Below, one piece after another: positions 46,888 to 55,855 of a DNA stretch of 64,000 nt. This DNA comes from an uncultured Oscillospiraceae bacterium (lineage in GTDB: Bacteria; Bacillota; Clostridia; Oscillospirales; Ruminococcaceae): contig CAYJKY010000012.1 of assembly GCA_964370825.1 (NCBI GenBank), positions 1,594 to 65,593 of the forward strand. The letters run 5' to 3'. The translations under genes and the position numbers were made by a program. Under the pieces are notes generated by a model. The model was not told the DNA's origin. It was given only the letters and a program-made list of their open reading frames with translations, and searched no databases. Each line of letters opens with the position of its first letter. The stretch's first letter is position 1.

Positions 46888-48540
46888 ATGAGAATAAAGA
46901 TATTCAGAAATATATTTATTACCTGCACTCTTACAGCATTGCTTGTGAGCGTGCTTATCGGATATGTTATGTATGACGGTTTTTTCAGTAACATGCAACA
47001 AAATGTAAGGCAGACATCAGACGATTACATGAGAATACTTGATGATGCTGAGCAGGAAAATCAAGAGATCCTGGACAACATACCATCAACAATATTTCGA
47101 ATTACTCTCATATCGCCACAGGGTGAAATACTGTTTGACAACAAATCGGATACCACCGAAAACCATTCCGATCGGCCGGAGATTATCGATGCGTTATCAG
47201 AAGACATCGGTGAATCAAGTAGATTTTCAGACACCCTGCAGCAACAGACATATTACTATGCTCAAAAACTTGAAAGCGGTAACATTTTAAGGGTTTCGGA
47301 CTTTACCGATACGGTTGTAAGAACATTTACGGATAGCAGTTTTTTAATACTCATATGCTTTATACTCGCAATAATTTTTAGCTTTTTGGCGGCAAGATTA
47401 GCTACAAGCAGGCTGGTTGCACCCATTAACTCCATAAATGTCGAAACGCCGACAGAAAACAATACATACATCGAACTTACACCTCTGCTTTTAAAGATCG
47501 ATAATCAAAATAATATGTTAAAGGCTCAAACTGCAGATATGCAAAAGATGCGTGACGAGCTCGGCGAAATAATGGAGCATATGGAGGAGGGATTGATCGT
47601 ACTAAACTCGCACGGCTCTATAATAAGCATTAATCAAGCTGCACTCGCCATATTTAACAAATCTGTTCAAAGCTGTGTAGGAAAATACATCTTAGAAATA
47701 CACCGTGGTGAGAGCTTTGAGCGAATATATGATATACTCCAAAGCGGTGAAAGTGGTAGGATAGAAATAGAGGAAAACGATCGAATATACCAGGTCTCGA
47801 TATCCGATATAAAATCCGGGGGAAACATTCTGATGTTTGTGGATAACACTCAGGAGCGATTTGCCGAGCGGATGAGGAGAGAATTTTCGGCAAATGTTTC
47901 GCACGAACTTAAAACCCCACTACAAACCATTTCGGGATATGCCGAATTGCTCAAAAACGATATGGTTCAGGAGGAAGATAAACCACGATTTATTGATAAA
48001 ATACATGCTGAGAGTGTTCGCATGGGTATGCTAATACAGGATATTATCAAGCTTTCTCGGTTGGATGAAGACGCAAAGGGAATGTCCAAAGAGGACGTAG
48101 ACATTAACAAGCTTACGGAAAAGGTTGTTGCCCAACTTAATGATAAGGCTGAAAAAAAACACATTACAATAAGCATTGCCGAAAACATGCCACTCTTCAT
48201 AAAAGGAATACCGACCATACTCGAAGAATGCATTTTCAATCTCATCGATAACGCCATCGAGTACAATAAGGAAGGTGGCGGTGTGGATATCTCAACCGAG
48301 GAAAACAAAAATTATGTTACACTGAGCATATCCGATACAGGAATAGGTATTCCAACAGAGGAGCAGGGTAGGGTATTTGAACGCTTTTATAGAGTTGAAA
48401 AAAGCCGCTGCAGAAGTGGAGGCGGCACAGGGCTTGGATTGAGTATTGTAAAACATGCAATAATGGTTCATGGTGGCGATGTTGAGCTTTCAAGTAGGGA
48501 AGATGAAGGAACTACCGTTACGATACGTCTTCCGAAATAA
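46888..48540 (+). CDS. phoR: Sensor histidine kinase (PhoR-like): two TM helices, PAS, HisKA and HATPase_c.
   Basis: H-box SHELKTP, plus N-, G1- and G2-boxes. Paired with the regulator above. Confidence 0.8.
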   Translation: MRIKIFRNIFITCTLTALLVSVLIGYVMYDGFFSNMQQNVRQTSDDYMRILDDAEQENQEILDNIPSTIFRITLISPQGEILFDNKSDTTENHSDRPEIIDALSEDIGESSRFSDTLQQQTYYYAQKLESGNILRVSDFTDTVVRTFTDSSFLILICFILAIIFSFLAARLATSRLVAPINSINVETPTENNTYIELTPLLLKIDNQNNMLKAQTADMQKMRDELGEIMEHMEEGLIVLNSHGSIISINQAALAIFNKSVQSCVGKYILEIHRGESFERIYDILQSGESGRIEIEENDRIYQVSISDIKSGGNILMFVDNTQERFAERMRREFSANVSHELKTPLQTISGYAELLKNDMVQEEDKPRFIDKIHAESVRMGMLIQDIIKLSRLDEDAKGMSKEDVDINKLTEKVVAQLNDKAEKKHITISIAENMPLFIKGIPTILEECIFNLIDNAIEYNKEGGGVDISTEENKNYVTLSISDTGIGIPTEEQGRVFERFYRVEKSRCRSGGGTGLGLSIVKHAIMVHGGDVELSSREDEGTTVTIRLPK

Positions 48541-48567
48541 CAAACAATAGCTATTTTGATGTTAACA

Positions 48568-48596
48568 TTGACACCGGTGTATATATACATTATAAT
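48568..48596 (+). promoter_or_regulatory. Consensus sigma-A promoter (TTGACA, 17 nt, TATAAT) for the paralogous lipoprotein gene.
   Basis: Perfect hexamers 40 nt before the start codon. Confidence 0.65.
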
Positions 48597-48636
48597 TTGC
48601 TTGTTATATAATGCAGTAGAAAAGGGATTATAATCC

Positions 48637-49119
48637 ATGATTAAATCATTATTGCTGACTTGCTTTGTTGCCACATCGATGTTTATTATGGTCGGCTGTG
48701 CCGATGTGAGCGAAACAACCGCTTCCGAACCTTTGTTTAATGCGGGAAGCGACCAATTTGTATTGATGGATAGTGAAACGGAGGATGTTGTTATAACTGA
48801 GGAGGTGGTTGAAGACAACCCACCGCTCTACTACTTTTATTATGCACTTTGTTTTCACTGCATCTCGGAAAACGAGCAGGAATTTATTGGGCTATACAAC
48901 GAACTTCACGGAGAACTCAAAGAGGAGTTCCCCATGAAGTTGGTGATGATAAACGCCTTCGACTCACACGGAAGTGGTGTTTATGATGCGACGTTGTCGG
49001 AGTATGGCATAGAGCATACCGATGTCTTGCCTGCAGTTATAGTGGACGGTGTAATACTCACCGGGACAGACATACAGGATAAGCTGTCCGGGCAATGTGT
49101 AAGTGCACACGAATCATAG
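48637..49119 (+). CDS. Secreted lipoprotein with a single glutaredoxin-like CxxC (CFHC) domain, paralog of the first domain of 4620-5522.
   Basis: Lipobox MVGCAD. It aligns with the other protein as LYYFY..C..C...EFI.LYNE.HG..KE..PM.L.MIN.F...G.E..D..P.V...GV.LTG...QCV.A.E. Confidence 0.6.
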   Translation: MIKSLLLTCFVATSMFIMVGCADVSETTASEPLFNAGSDQFVLMDSETEDVVITEEVVEDNPPLYYFYYALCFHCISENEQEFIGLYNELHGELKEEFPMKLVMINAFDSHGSGVYDATLSEYGIEHTDVLPAVIVDGVILTGTDIQDKLSGQCVSAHES

Positions 49120-49126
49120 GCCGACT

Positions 49127-49801
49127 TTAAACTGCATTCCTGTTTATGATGGCCCCTACCGGGCAGTTTATAAGACAGTCCCCGCATTCGTCACAACGAT
49201 TTTTATCTATGCTATAACCTGCTTCTTCCTCACTGATTGCGAGGAAGGAGCATTTGTTTTTACATACTCCGCAGGAGATACAGCTGTCGGAATCTATCAT
49301 AAGCCCTTTGTAATCCATCTCAGCACCGCCATATGCAAAATATATGCGTTGCAACTTGTTTTCACGACTTAACCTTTCAAAATCGAAATCGTAAATCTCA
49401 CCCCTTGCAGATGTTATGCAAAAGGTGACCATGCTGTTATATTTTTCGATATCCTTTATACACAGTTCAAATGCCGGGTTGTTTTTTTCCTTTACATCAT
49501 CGATGTTTACCTCCTTAACGTCTCCGGTCATTCGCATGGTATAGCCGGGCTTAAAGATTGGAAAACCTTTATCGTCATGCTCTATAACATTTTCGGCATA
49601 CATACCACAAACCGATAGCTTTCCAGTTTTCTTCATCTGGGCATAAAACGCCTTTGTATTCATGGTTTGAAAATAGATGCCCGCTTCATCATAGGCTCTA
49701 AGGTGCGCAATCCTCGTCTCAGGTTCGCCATTCTCGTTCACCGTGGCAAAGGTCAGACAGCCTATTTTATCAAATGCGTTGTAAATTTCCTTTATTGTCA
49801 T
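49127..49801 (-). CDS. Fusion protein: PNPOx-like FMN-binding split-barrel domain plus a C-terminal 2x[4Fe-4S] ferredoxin domain.
   Basis: C-terminal CISCGVCKNKC and CDECGDCLINCP motifs. The N-terminal domain is PNPOx-like. Confidence 0.6.
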   Translation of the reverse strand: MTIKEIYNAFDKIGCLTFATVNENGEPETRIAHLRAYDEAGIYFQTMNTKAFYAQMKKTGKLSVCGMYAENVIEHDDKGFPIFKPGYTMRMTGDVKEVNIDDVKEKNNPAFELCIKDIEKYNSMVTFCITSARGEIYDFDFERLSRENKLQRIYFAYGGAEMDYKGLMIDSDSCISCGVCKNKCSFLAISEEEAGYSIDKNRCDECGDCLINCPVGAIINRNAV

Positions 49802-49809
49802 AATAACTC

Positions 49810-50520
49810 CTAATGTATTTTTAAAAATTCGGATAAATCCATTGTCTTTGTCTCGGTTAAATCCTCAACAGCACAGTGTTCAAAAATCTCACCATTTTTT
49901 AAAAAGATTACATAGTCGGCAAATTCCTTTAAAAAAGATATCTCGTGGGTGACAAAGATAAAGCTACGACCGTCCTTTTTTAGCTGTTTTACCGCCTTTA
50001 AAACCTCCTGTGTCAATATGGGGTCAAGTGCCGCTGTCGGCTCGTCTAAAAATAGCAACTTAGGATCGGTGGCGAGTGCCCGCGCTATAGACCCTCTTTG
50101 TGCCTGTCCTCCGGAAACTTCATGGGGTTTTTTGTCTGCCTCCTTTTCGATGAAAAGTTGTTTTAGTATTTCATCAGCTTTCCTATCTGCGTCCTGCTTG
50201 TTGTACTTTTTAATCTTTTGAAGTATCAATGTTATATTCTTTTTTAATGTTAGGTGTGGAAAGAGATTGTGTTTTTGGAACACTACCCCAATGTTATCAA
50301 GAAATTCTGAGTTATTTAATATAGGTGAAATTCCGTTGATGCTAATTTCACCACTATCCGGTCTCTCTATTCCGGCAAGTTGGCGTAATAGGGTGGATTT
50401 GCCGCATCCCGATTCACCAATTATCCCCACCGAGCCATAGCCGGATATCTCAATATTAATATCTTTAAGCACGGCCTGGCTTCCGTATGACTTGTTTAGT
50501 GCCGATATATTTATTTCCAC
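49810..50520 (-). CDS. Polar amino-acid ABC transporter ATP-binding protein (GlnQ-like).
   Basis: Walker A GESGCGKST, signature VSGGQAQRGSIARAL, Walker B LFLDEPTAALD. Confidence 0.85.
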   Translation of the reverse strand: MEINISALNKSYGSQAVLKDINIEISGYGSVGIIGESGCGKSTLLRQLAGIERPDSGEISINGISPILNNSEFLDNIGVVFQKHNLFPHLTLKKNITLILQKIKKYNKQDADRKADEILKQLFIEKEADKKPHEVSGGQAQRGSIARALATDPKLLFLDEPTAALDPILTQEVLKAVKQLKKDGRSFIFVTHEISFLKEFADYVIFLKNGEIFEHCAVEDLTETKTMDLSEFLKIH

Positions 50521-51263
50521 TATGCCACCTTTCTACCAACATATTTTGCGAGCAATGAGAGCGGTATTGTAACCACTAAATACATTAACCACATTATATA
50601 ATATCCCTCTATAAAGGCATAATTTCTGCTGGATATCACCGTTGTAATGTAGGTTATCTCGGTGATTGAAATAATATTTAGCAGAGAAGAACTTTTTATT
50701 ACACTGGAAAGATTATTGATCAAGGACGGTATAAATGGTTTTACCATCTGCGGTATAATAACATAGATGTAACGTTGATACCATTTAAATTTATATAAAT
50801 CCATTACGGTATATTGATCCCTGTCAACTACAGCCGCTGTAGTCTCGTAAGCATTGGCAATATATGGCCCGTTATATAATATTAAAGCAAAAATGCCAAG
50901 CACAAGCTTATCACTGTATCCGATGACGGCTCCCAATACATACACTACAAGGAAAATCATAACAAGTAGCGGAGTTCCCATAATAATTTCATTAAATACA
51001 TTTGATATAGCTCTTAGTAGAACAATTTTTGAGCGCATCATCATAAAAAGTACAAAGCCTAATATTAACGCGCCGATAAGTGTGGTAAGACTGACAAATA
51101 ATGTCCCAATAAATGCATCGAACAAGAGGTTGTCATCTGCCAAAATCAGATCATATCTTGGATTGTCTGAGGAATTTCTCAGCGCAAAAAATATAACCGC
51201 CGCAAAAAGGAGGATAACCCCAAAATACTGAATGAAATCTTTTTTACTCATAACCTGCTCCAC
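50520..51263 (-). CDS. Polar amino-acid ABC transporter permease (HisM/GlnP family).
   Basis: TM topology and its position between the SBP and ATPase genes. Confidence 0.8.
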   Translation of the reverse strand: MEQVMSKKDFIQYFGVILLFAAVIFFALRNSSDNPRYDLILADDNLLFDAFIGTLFVSLTTLIGALILGFVLFMMMRSKIVLLRAISNVFNEIIMGTPLLVMIFLVVYVLGAVIGYSDKLVLGIFALILYNGPYIANAYETTAAVVDRDQYTVMDLYKFKWYQRYIYVIIPQMVKPFIPSLINNLSSVIKSSSLLNIISITEITYITTVISSRNYAFIEGYYIMWLMYLVVTIPLSLLAKYVGRKVA

Positions 51264-51296
51264 GCCCTTTTCATCAATAACACCACATGCTGAAAA

Positions 51297-52139
51297 TTAT
51301 CTTCCCGGTTCGTTGATGATATAGTCAAGTCCAAGTTCATCATTCTCTAAAAATTCAGCAACTATAGGGTCGAACGTTTCCCTCAATTGGTCGTAAAGCC
51401 CACCATCTTCATACATTGTTGCTATAAAATCATTTGACTTTTGTAGCAGCTCGCTGTCCCCCTTTTTGACAACAAAGCAGGAACGCGATACATCGCCTAT
51501 TCCACTGTAAACGATGGTAGTGTCCTTGTTTGCAGCATGATAGCTGTGTATTTCGCTGGAGGCGACAAGTGCGGTAGATTGACCGTTCGCAACCTCTAAA
51601 AGACCGTTTCCGATTTCGGTAACTTCGGTGACATCAGCTCCGAAACTTTGAGGAATAAGGACCCCAAAAGTTCCTGCTAAGCCTATAAACGCAGAACCAT
51701 CCAAATGAAAAAATTCTTCAGGTGGCATTTCGTCGGTGATATTATTAGCCACGGCGAACTCTTTATTAACGAGTGCAAGAGATTGTGAATATCGGTATGG
51801 ATCAGAAAAATCAGCCTTTTCAAGCCTTTCATCAGTAACCGACATATCGGCAATAAGTATATCAACATCGCCTGTCTCTAACGCTCCGAGTAGCAGAGAA
51901 AAATCGGTATTAACTATCTCTACCTCTTTACCAAGGTATTCTGCAAAGGCGGTCGAAATTGCGGGTTCAAGTCCGGCTGCTTCGCCATTTTCATCCACAT
52001 AGGAATAGGGTGGAAATTTTAAATCCATTCCGACCCTTAATACATCGTCACCTGCCTGTGTCGATGCATCATTCATACAGCCGGTTAGCGTAAATATTGC
52101 AATTGACAGCACGGCAATGATTGTAATAACTTTTTTCAT
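51297..52139 (-). CDS. Amino-acid ABC transporter substrate-binding lipoprotein (family-3 SBP).
   Basis: Start MKKVITIIAVL with lipobox LTGC and a ggaaaggaag RBS. The SBP_bac_3-like body fits. Confidence 0.8.
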   Translation of the reverse strand: MKKVITIIAVLSIAIFTLTGCMNDASTQAGDDVLRVGMDLKFPPYSYVDENGEAAGLEPAISTAFAEYLGKEVEIVNTDFSLLLGALETGDVDILIADMSVTDERLEKADFSDPYRYSQSLALVNKEFAVANNITDEMPPEEFFHLDGSAFIGLAGTFGVLIPQSFGADVTEVTEIGNGLLEVANGQSTALVASSEIHSYHAANKDTTIVYSGIGDVSRSCFVVKKGDSELLQKSNDFIATMYEDGGLYDQLRETFDPIVAEFLENDELGLDYIINEPGR

Positions 52140-52273
52140 TTTTCTTCCTTTCCTTGAAAACATATCTTGACATTCATGTGTCTATATGTTATTTTAATGC
52201 CATAAGTTACCTTTGTAAAGTAAGCACTTTATTGTACTATAGGTACCCAAAGGAAACTATTGGATAGAAAGGA

Positions 52274-52618
52274 ATGTATAAAACTATGAATGAGAATCTG
52301 CCGGCTTGCCCGATAGAGATTACCCTTTTACTTATAAGCGATAAATGGAAGGTGTTAGTTTTGAGAGAATTAGAGTCCGAAACAAAGCGTTTCGGTGTAT
52401 TGAAAAATTCAATTAATGGAATTTCACAAAAGGTATTAACCTCCAACCTGCGTCAGATGGAGCAGAGTGGATTAGTTCATCGACAGGTTTATGCTGAAAT
52501 ACCGCCCAAGGTGGAGTACTCTTTAACTGAACTCGGAAAGAGCCTTAAGCCTGTTTTAAGTGCGATGGCAAGTTGGGGGCTTGAATACAAAAAGATTATC
52601 AACAGTGAGGATTGTTAA
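52274..52618 (+). CDS. HxlR-family transcriptional regulator.
   Basis: CPIEITLLLISDKWKVLVLREL...NGISQKVLTSNLRQMEQSGLVHR. Confidence 0.8.
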   Translation: MYKTMNENLPACPIEITLLLISDKWKVLVLRELESETKRFGVLKNSINGISQKVLTSNLRQMEQSGLVHRQVYAEIPPKVEYSLTELGKSLKPVLSAMASWGLEYKKIINSEDC

Positions 52619-52631
52619 ATAACAATATTAA

Positions 52632-53792
52632 TTAATGCGTCCCCGAAATATCGGTTATTTTCCCTGCCTTATTATCCTTGATAATTGAGTTTTCAACGCG
52701 TTTTTGAAGCTCGTTGTAGTATAGGTTTTCATCTATAGGAAGTGATACCTGTTGTCCTGTCCAACCGGAGAGATGAATGGCATTTGAAATAGTTAAACCA
52801 TTAACTCCTTCGATACCCGGAGCTATAAGTTTTTCGCCGTTTAATACAGCATTTGTAAAGTTTTGAAGTATGCCGTTGTGTGCGGTTTCAACCTCGTTGG
52901 TTTCGATTTCTATCGTCTCGTCCGCTGGCTTTTCAAATCCGTTCTCACTACTGTAGCAGTACTCCCTTTCACTCACCGAAAGCTTTGTGAAGGTCATTTT
53001 CCCATCTTCGATTACAACCCTGCCTCTGTCACCTGATACCTCAAGGCGGTTTGTTCCGGGGGTTTCTCCGGTTGTGGTTATAAACACAGCTGTTGCGCCA
53101 TTTTCATACTCGGCGTAGGCGGTTACATCGTCCTCAACCTCTATATCATGAAATTTACCCATATGAGTAAATCCACTTATTTTAGTCGGCATACCAAAAA
53201 TCCATTGCCACAGGTCAAGGTTGTGAGGGCATTGATTTATCAGTACGCCGCCGCCCTCGCCCTTCCAGGTGGCACGCCAGCCGGAGCTATTGTAATAGCT
53301 CTGGGTTCTGTACCAGTTTGTTACTATCCAGATAAATCTTTTGGGTTCGCCGAGCTCGCCGTCCTGCACCATGTCACGAAGCTTTTTGTACAGAGGGTTT
53401 GTGCGCTGGTTATACATCAACGAAAAAACCTTGCCGGACTTTTGTGCAACTTCATTCATCTCACGAACCTGCTTTGTATACACTCCTGCGGGTTTCTCGC
53501 AGACCACATGCAAACCTTTATTAAAGGCAGCAACAGACATACCGGGATGTTCATAGTGAGGTGTTGCAACAATAACGGCGTCAAGCTCGATGTCGGCAGA
53601 GAGCATTTCGGAATAATCCTTAAAAATCTTTACGTCACCCTTAAGGTTTTCTCTTGCCCAGCTGAGTTTATTTTCATCTATATCGCACACAGCGACAAGT
53701 TCCATGTTTTTTATTTCGCCTGCGGATATGTTTTTAGCGTGACCGCTACCCATGTTTCCTATGCCAACAACAGCAACCTTTACAGTTTTCAT
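52632..53792 (-). CDS. Gfo/Idh/MocA-family NAD(P)-dependent oxidoreductase.
   Basis: N-terminal Rossmann motif VAVVGIGNMGSGHA and C-terminal GFO_IDH_MocA_C-like half. Confidence 0.85.
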   Translation of the reverse strand: MKTVKVAVVGIGNMGSGHAKNISAGEIKNMELVAVCDIDENKLSWARENLKGDVKIFKDYSEMLSADIELDAVIVATPHYEHPGMSVAAFNKGLHVVCEKPAGVYTKQVREMNEVAQKSGKVFSLMYNQRTNPLYKKLRDMVQDGELGEPKRFIWIVTNWYRTQSYYNSSGWRATWKGEGGGVLINQCPHNLDLWQWIFGMPTKISGFTHMGKFHDIEVEDDVTAYAEYENGATAVFITTTGETPGTNRLEVSGDRGRVVIEDGKMTFTKLSVSEREYCYSSENGFEKPADETIEIETNEVETAHNGILQNFTNAVLNGEKLIAPGIEGVNGLTISNAIHLSGWTGQQVSLPIDENLYYNELQKRVENSIIKDNKAGKITDISGTH

Positions 53793-53805
53793 TATAATAT
53801 CCTTT

Positions 53806-54567
53806 CTATGTTTCCCAACCGTTTTTAATTAAATTATCGAAGGTGATTTTTGCAGCCACAAACGGGCTCTGCTCACAGCTGTCCTGCTCATAAAGTGCAT
53901 ACTTAATCTTATCGGAGTCTTTAAAACGTGCTAACAATCCGTCAAAGTTTATATTGCCTTCGTAGATGGGTTTCATGACCTTTTGCCCATTGCTTATGCC
54001 CATATCCTTTAGATGAATGCAGGGAATCCTGCTTTCAAATTTATTAAACCAGAAAAGAAGGTCGCCGCCGCCTTCCTGTACCCAATAGCTGTCAAGGGTA
54101 AAGCCCATTTCATCCTCGGCAAATCCATCGGCAAGGGACTCCATTATGGTTTTGTTGTTGTATTTTTCAAATTCAAAAGCATGGTTATGATACATAAACA
54201 GCTTGCCGGCCTGTTTGATTTTCACAGCCGCCGGTTTAAAGGTCTCGATAAAATTGTCAACAAACCCCTCGTTTCGGTATTTACCGGGCATCGCACCCAA
54301 CCCAATGTAGTCGCAACCTAAAACATTATGCTCCTCAATAACTTTATCTGTTTCATGTAAAATTCTGTCCGCAGGAGTGTGCGTTAGTACAATCTGCAAC
54401 CCGTTTGTATCACATATTCTGCGAAGTTTCAGCGGTTCTATTGGACCTCCACCGGAAATCTGAACATAGTTATACCCAATTTCCGCAATTTTAGATAACG
54501 TGTACTCCATGTCACGCTCTGTCTGCATATACTCCCTCATGGTGTACATCTGCATTCCGATTTTCAT
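53806..54567 (-). CDS. Xylose-isomerase-like TIM-barrel protein (sugar phosphate isomerase/epimerase family).
   Basis: Start MKIGMQMYTMREY with a ggaggtg RBS. It lies 14 nt upstream of the oxidoreductase. Confidence 0.75.
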   Translation of the reverse strand: MKIGMQMYTMREYMQTERDMEYTLSKIAEIGYNYVQISGGGPIEPLKLRRICDTNGLQIVLTHTPADRILHETDKVIEEHNVLGCDYIGLGAMPGKYRNEGFVDNFIETFKPAAVKIKQAGKLFMYHNHAFEFEKYNNKTIMESLADGFAEDEMGFTLDSYWVQEGGGDLLFWFNKFESRIPCIHLKDMGISNGQKVMKPIYEGNINFDGLLARFKDSDKIKYALYEQDSCEQSPFVAAKITFDNLIKNGWET

Positions 54568-54771
54568 TGTCACCTCCATATACAATACGATATTGTAGAC
54601 TAAATTTAACACATAACAAAGCACATGTCAAGGTTGAATTTTTTAACAAAAATATGTAGCTTTCATCATGGTAATATGCCAAAAAAATAATGCTTGTAAT
54701 GCATCCTGCACTGTGATATAATTCCTTTAACATAGGTTTTGATTCGACAATAACAACAGGGAGAAATTTAT

Positions 54772-55824
54772 ATGTTTTCACCGAATTACCAACGAATTGT
54801 TCGAGCGGCAACAAATCAGCAAAATGACATAGTTCCCCTTTACGACCACATTATTTCATGGGAAATCATCTCACAAATCACAAACAATCCCGATTTTCCT
54901 TCATTAGCGACCGGCAACAAACAAGATTTGGCAGAGTTTTACCGATTGTACGGAAAATTTTTGAGTGACATGGAATATGATGTGCTTATTTACGAGGGAT
55001 GCATTTCCGGTATCTTAGAAGGTGGCGGAGCACTGGGACGTCATATCGACCCTGCAATAAAGGATTGGGACGATTTTCGGAGTTATCCTTTTGAAAACAT
55101 TAAGGAGCGATACTTTCAAACATTTACGCCGCATTTCGAGGCAATACACACCCAAATGCCCTCCGGCATGAAGGGTATAGGTGGCGTCGGAAACGGTATT
55201 TTTGAGGTGGTACAGGATTTAGTAGGTTATGAAAATCTATGCATCATGCTGTATGATGAGCCCGAACTTGTTACCGCATTGTTTCAAAAGCTCGGTTCTG
55301 TTATGGCCGACATATGGACGGAATTCGCTCAAAGGCACGGGGACGATTTTTGTGTATTTCGCCATGGAGATGATCTCGGATTTAACACACAAACCCTGTT
55401 GCCACCACAGGTAATCGAGGAACATATCTATCCGGTTTACAAAAAAATTGTCGACATTGCACATAGAAACAATAAACCGTTTCTACTGCACTCCTGCGGT
55501 AATCTGTTTGCTGTTATGGACAAGCTGATTGACTATACCGGCATAGATGCAAAGCACTCAAACGAGGATGCCATCGCACCGTTTCAGGAGTGGATTGATC
55601 GATATGGTGACAGAATTGGCAACTTCGGAGGAATTGATACTGATGTTATTTGTAGTGATGACGTTTCGTACGTCAGTAATTATGTGGAAAATGTCTATCG
55701 TCAGGCCGAAAACTGTATAGGTGTTGCACTCGGTACAGGAAACTCCGTGCCAAACTATGTTTCACTTACCGGATATTTAACCATGAATGAAACTGTACGA
55801 AGATTACGTTCGGCATCGAAATAA
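54772..55824 (+). CDS. Uroporphyrinogen-decarboxylase (URO-D)-like protein (MtaA/CmuA-type methyltransferase fold), function unknown.
   Basis: 350-aa URO-D-like profile. It has its own TTGTAA-17-TATAAT promoter. Confidence 0.45.
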   Translation: MFSPNYQRIVRAATNQQNDIVPLYDHIISWEIISQITNNPDFPSLATGNKQDLAEFYRLYGKFLSDMEYDVLIYEGCISGILEGGGALGRHIDPAIKDWDDFRSYPFENIKERYFQTFTPHFEAIHTQMPSGMKGIGGVGNGIFEVVQDLVGYENLCIMLYDEPELVTALFQKLGSVMADIWTEFAQRHGDDFCVFRHGDDLGFNTQTLLPPQVIEEHIYPVYKKIVDIAHRNNKPFLLHSCGNLFAVMDKLIDYTGIDAKHSNEDAIAPFQEWIDRYGDRIGNFGGIDTDVICSDDVSYVSNYVENVYRQAENCIGVALGTGNSVPNYVSLTGYLTMNETVRRLRSASK

Positions 55825-55855
55825 CTATATAAACCTTCAAGTTAAAACGGATATG

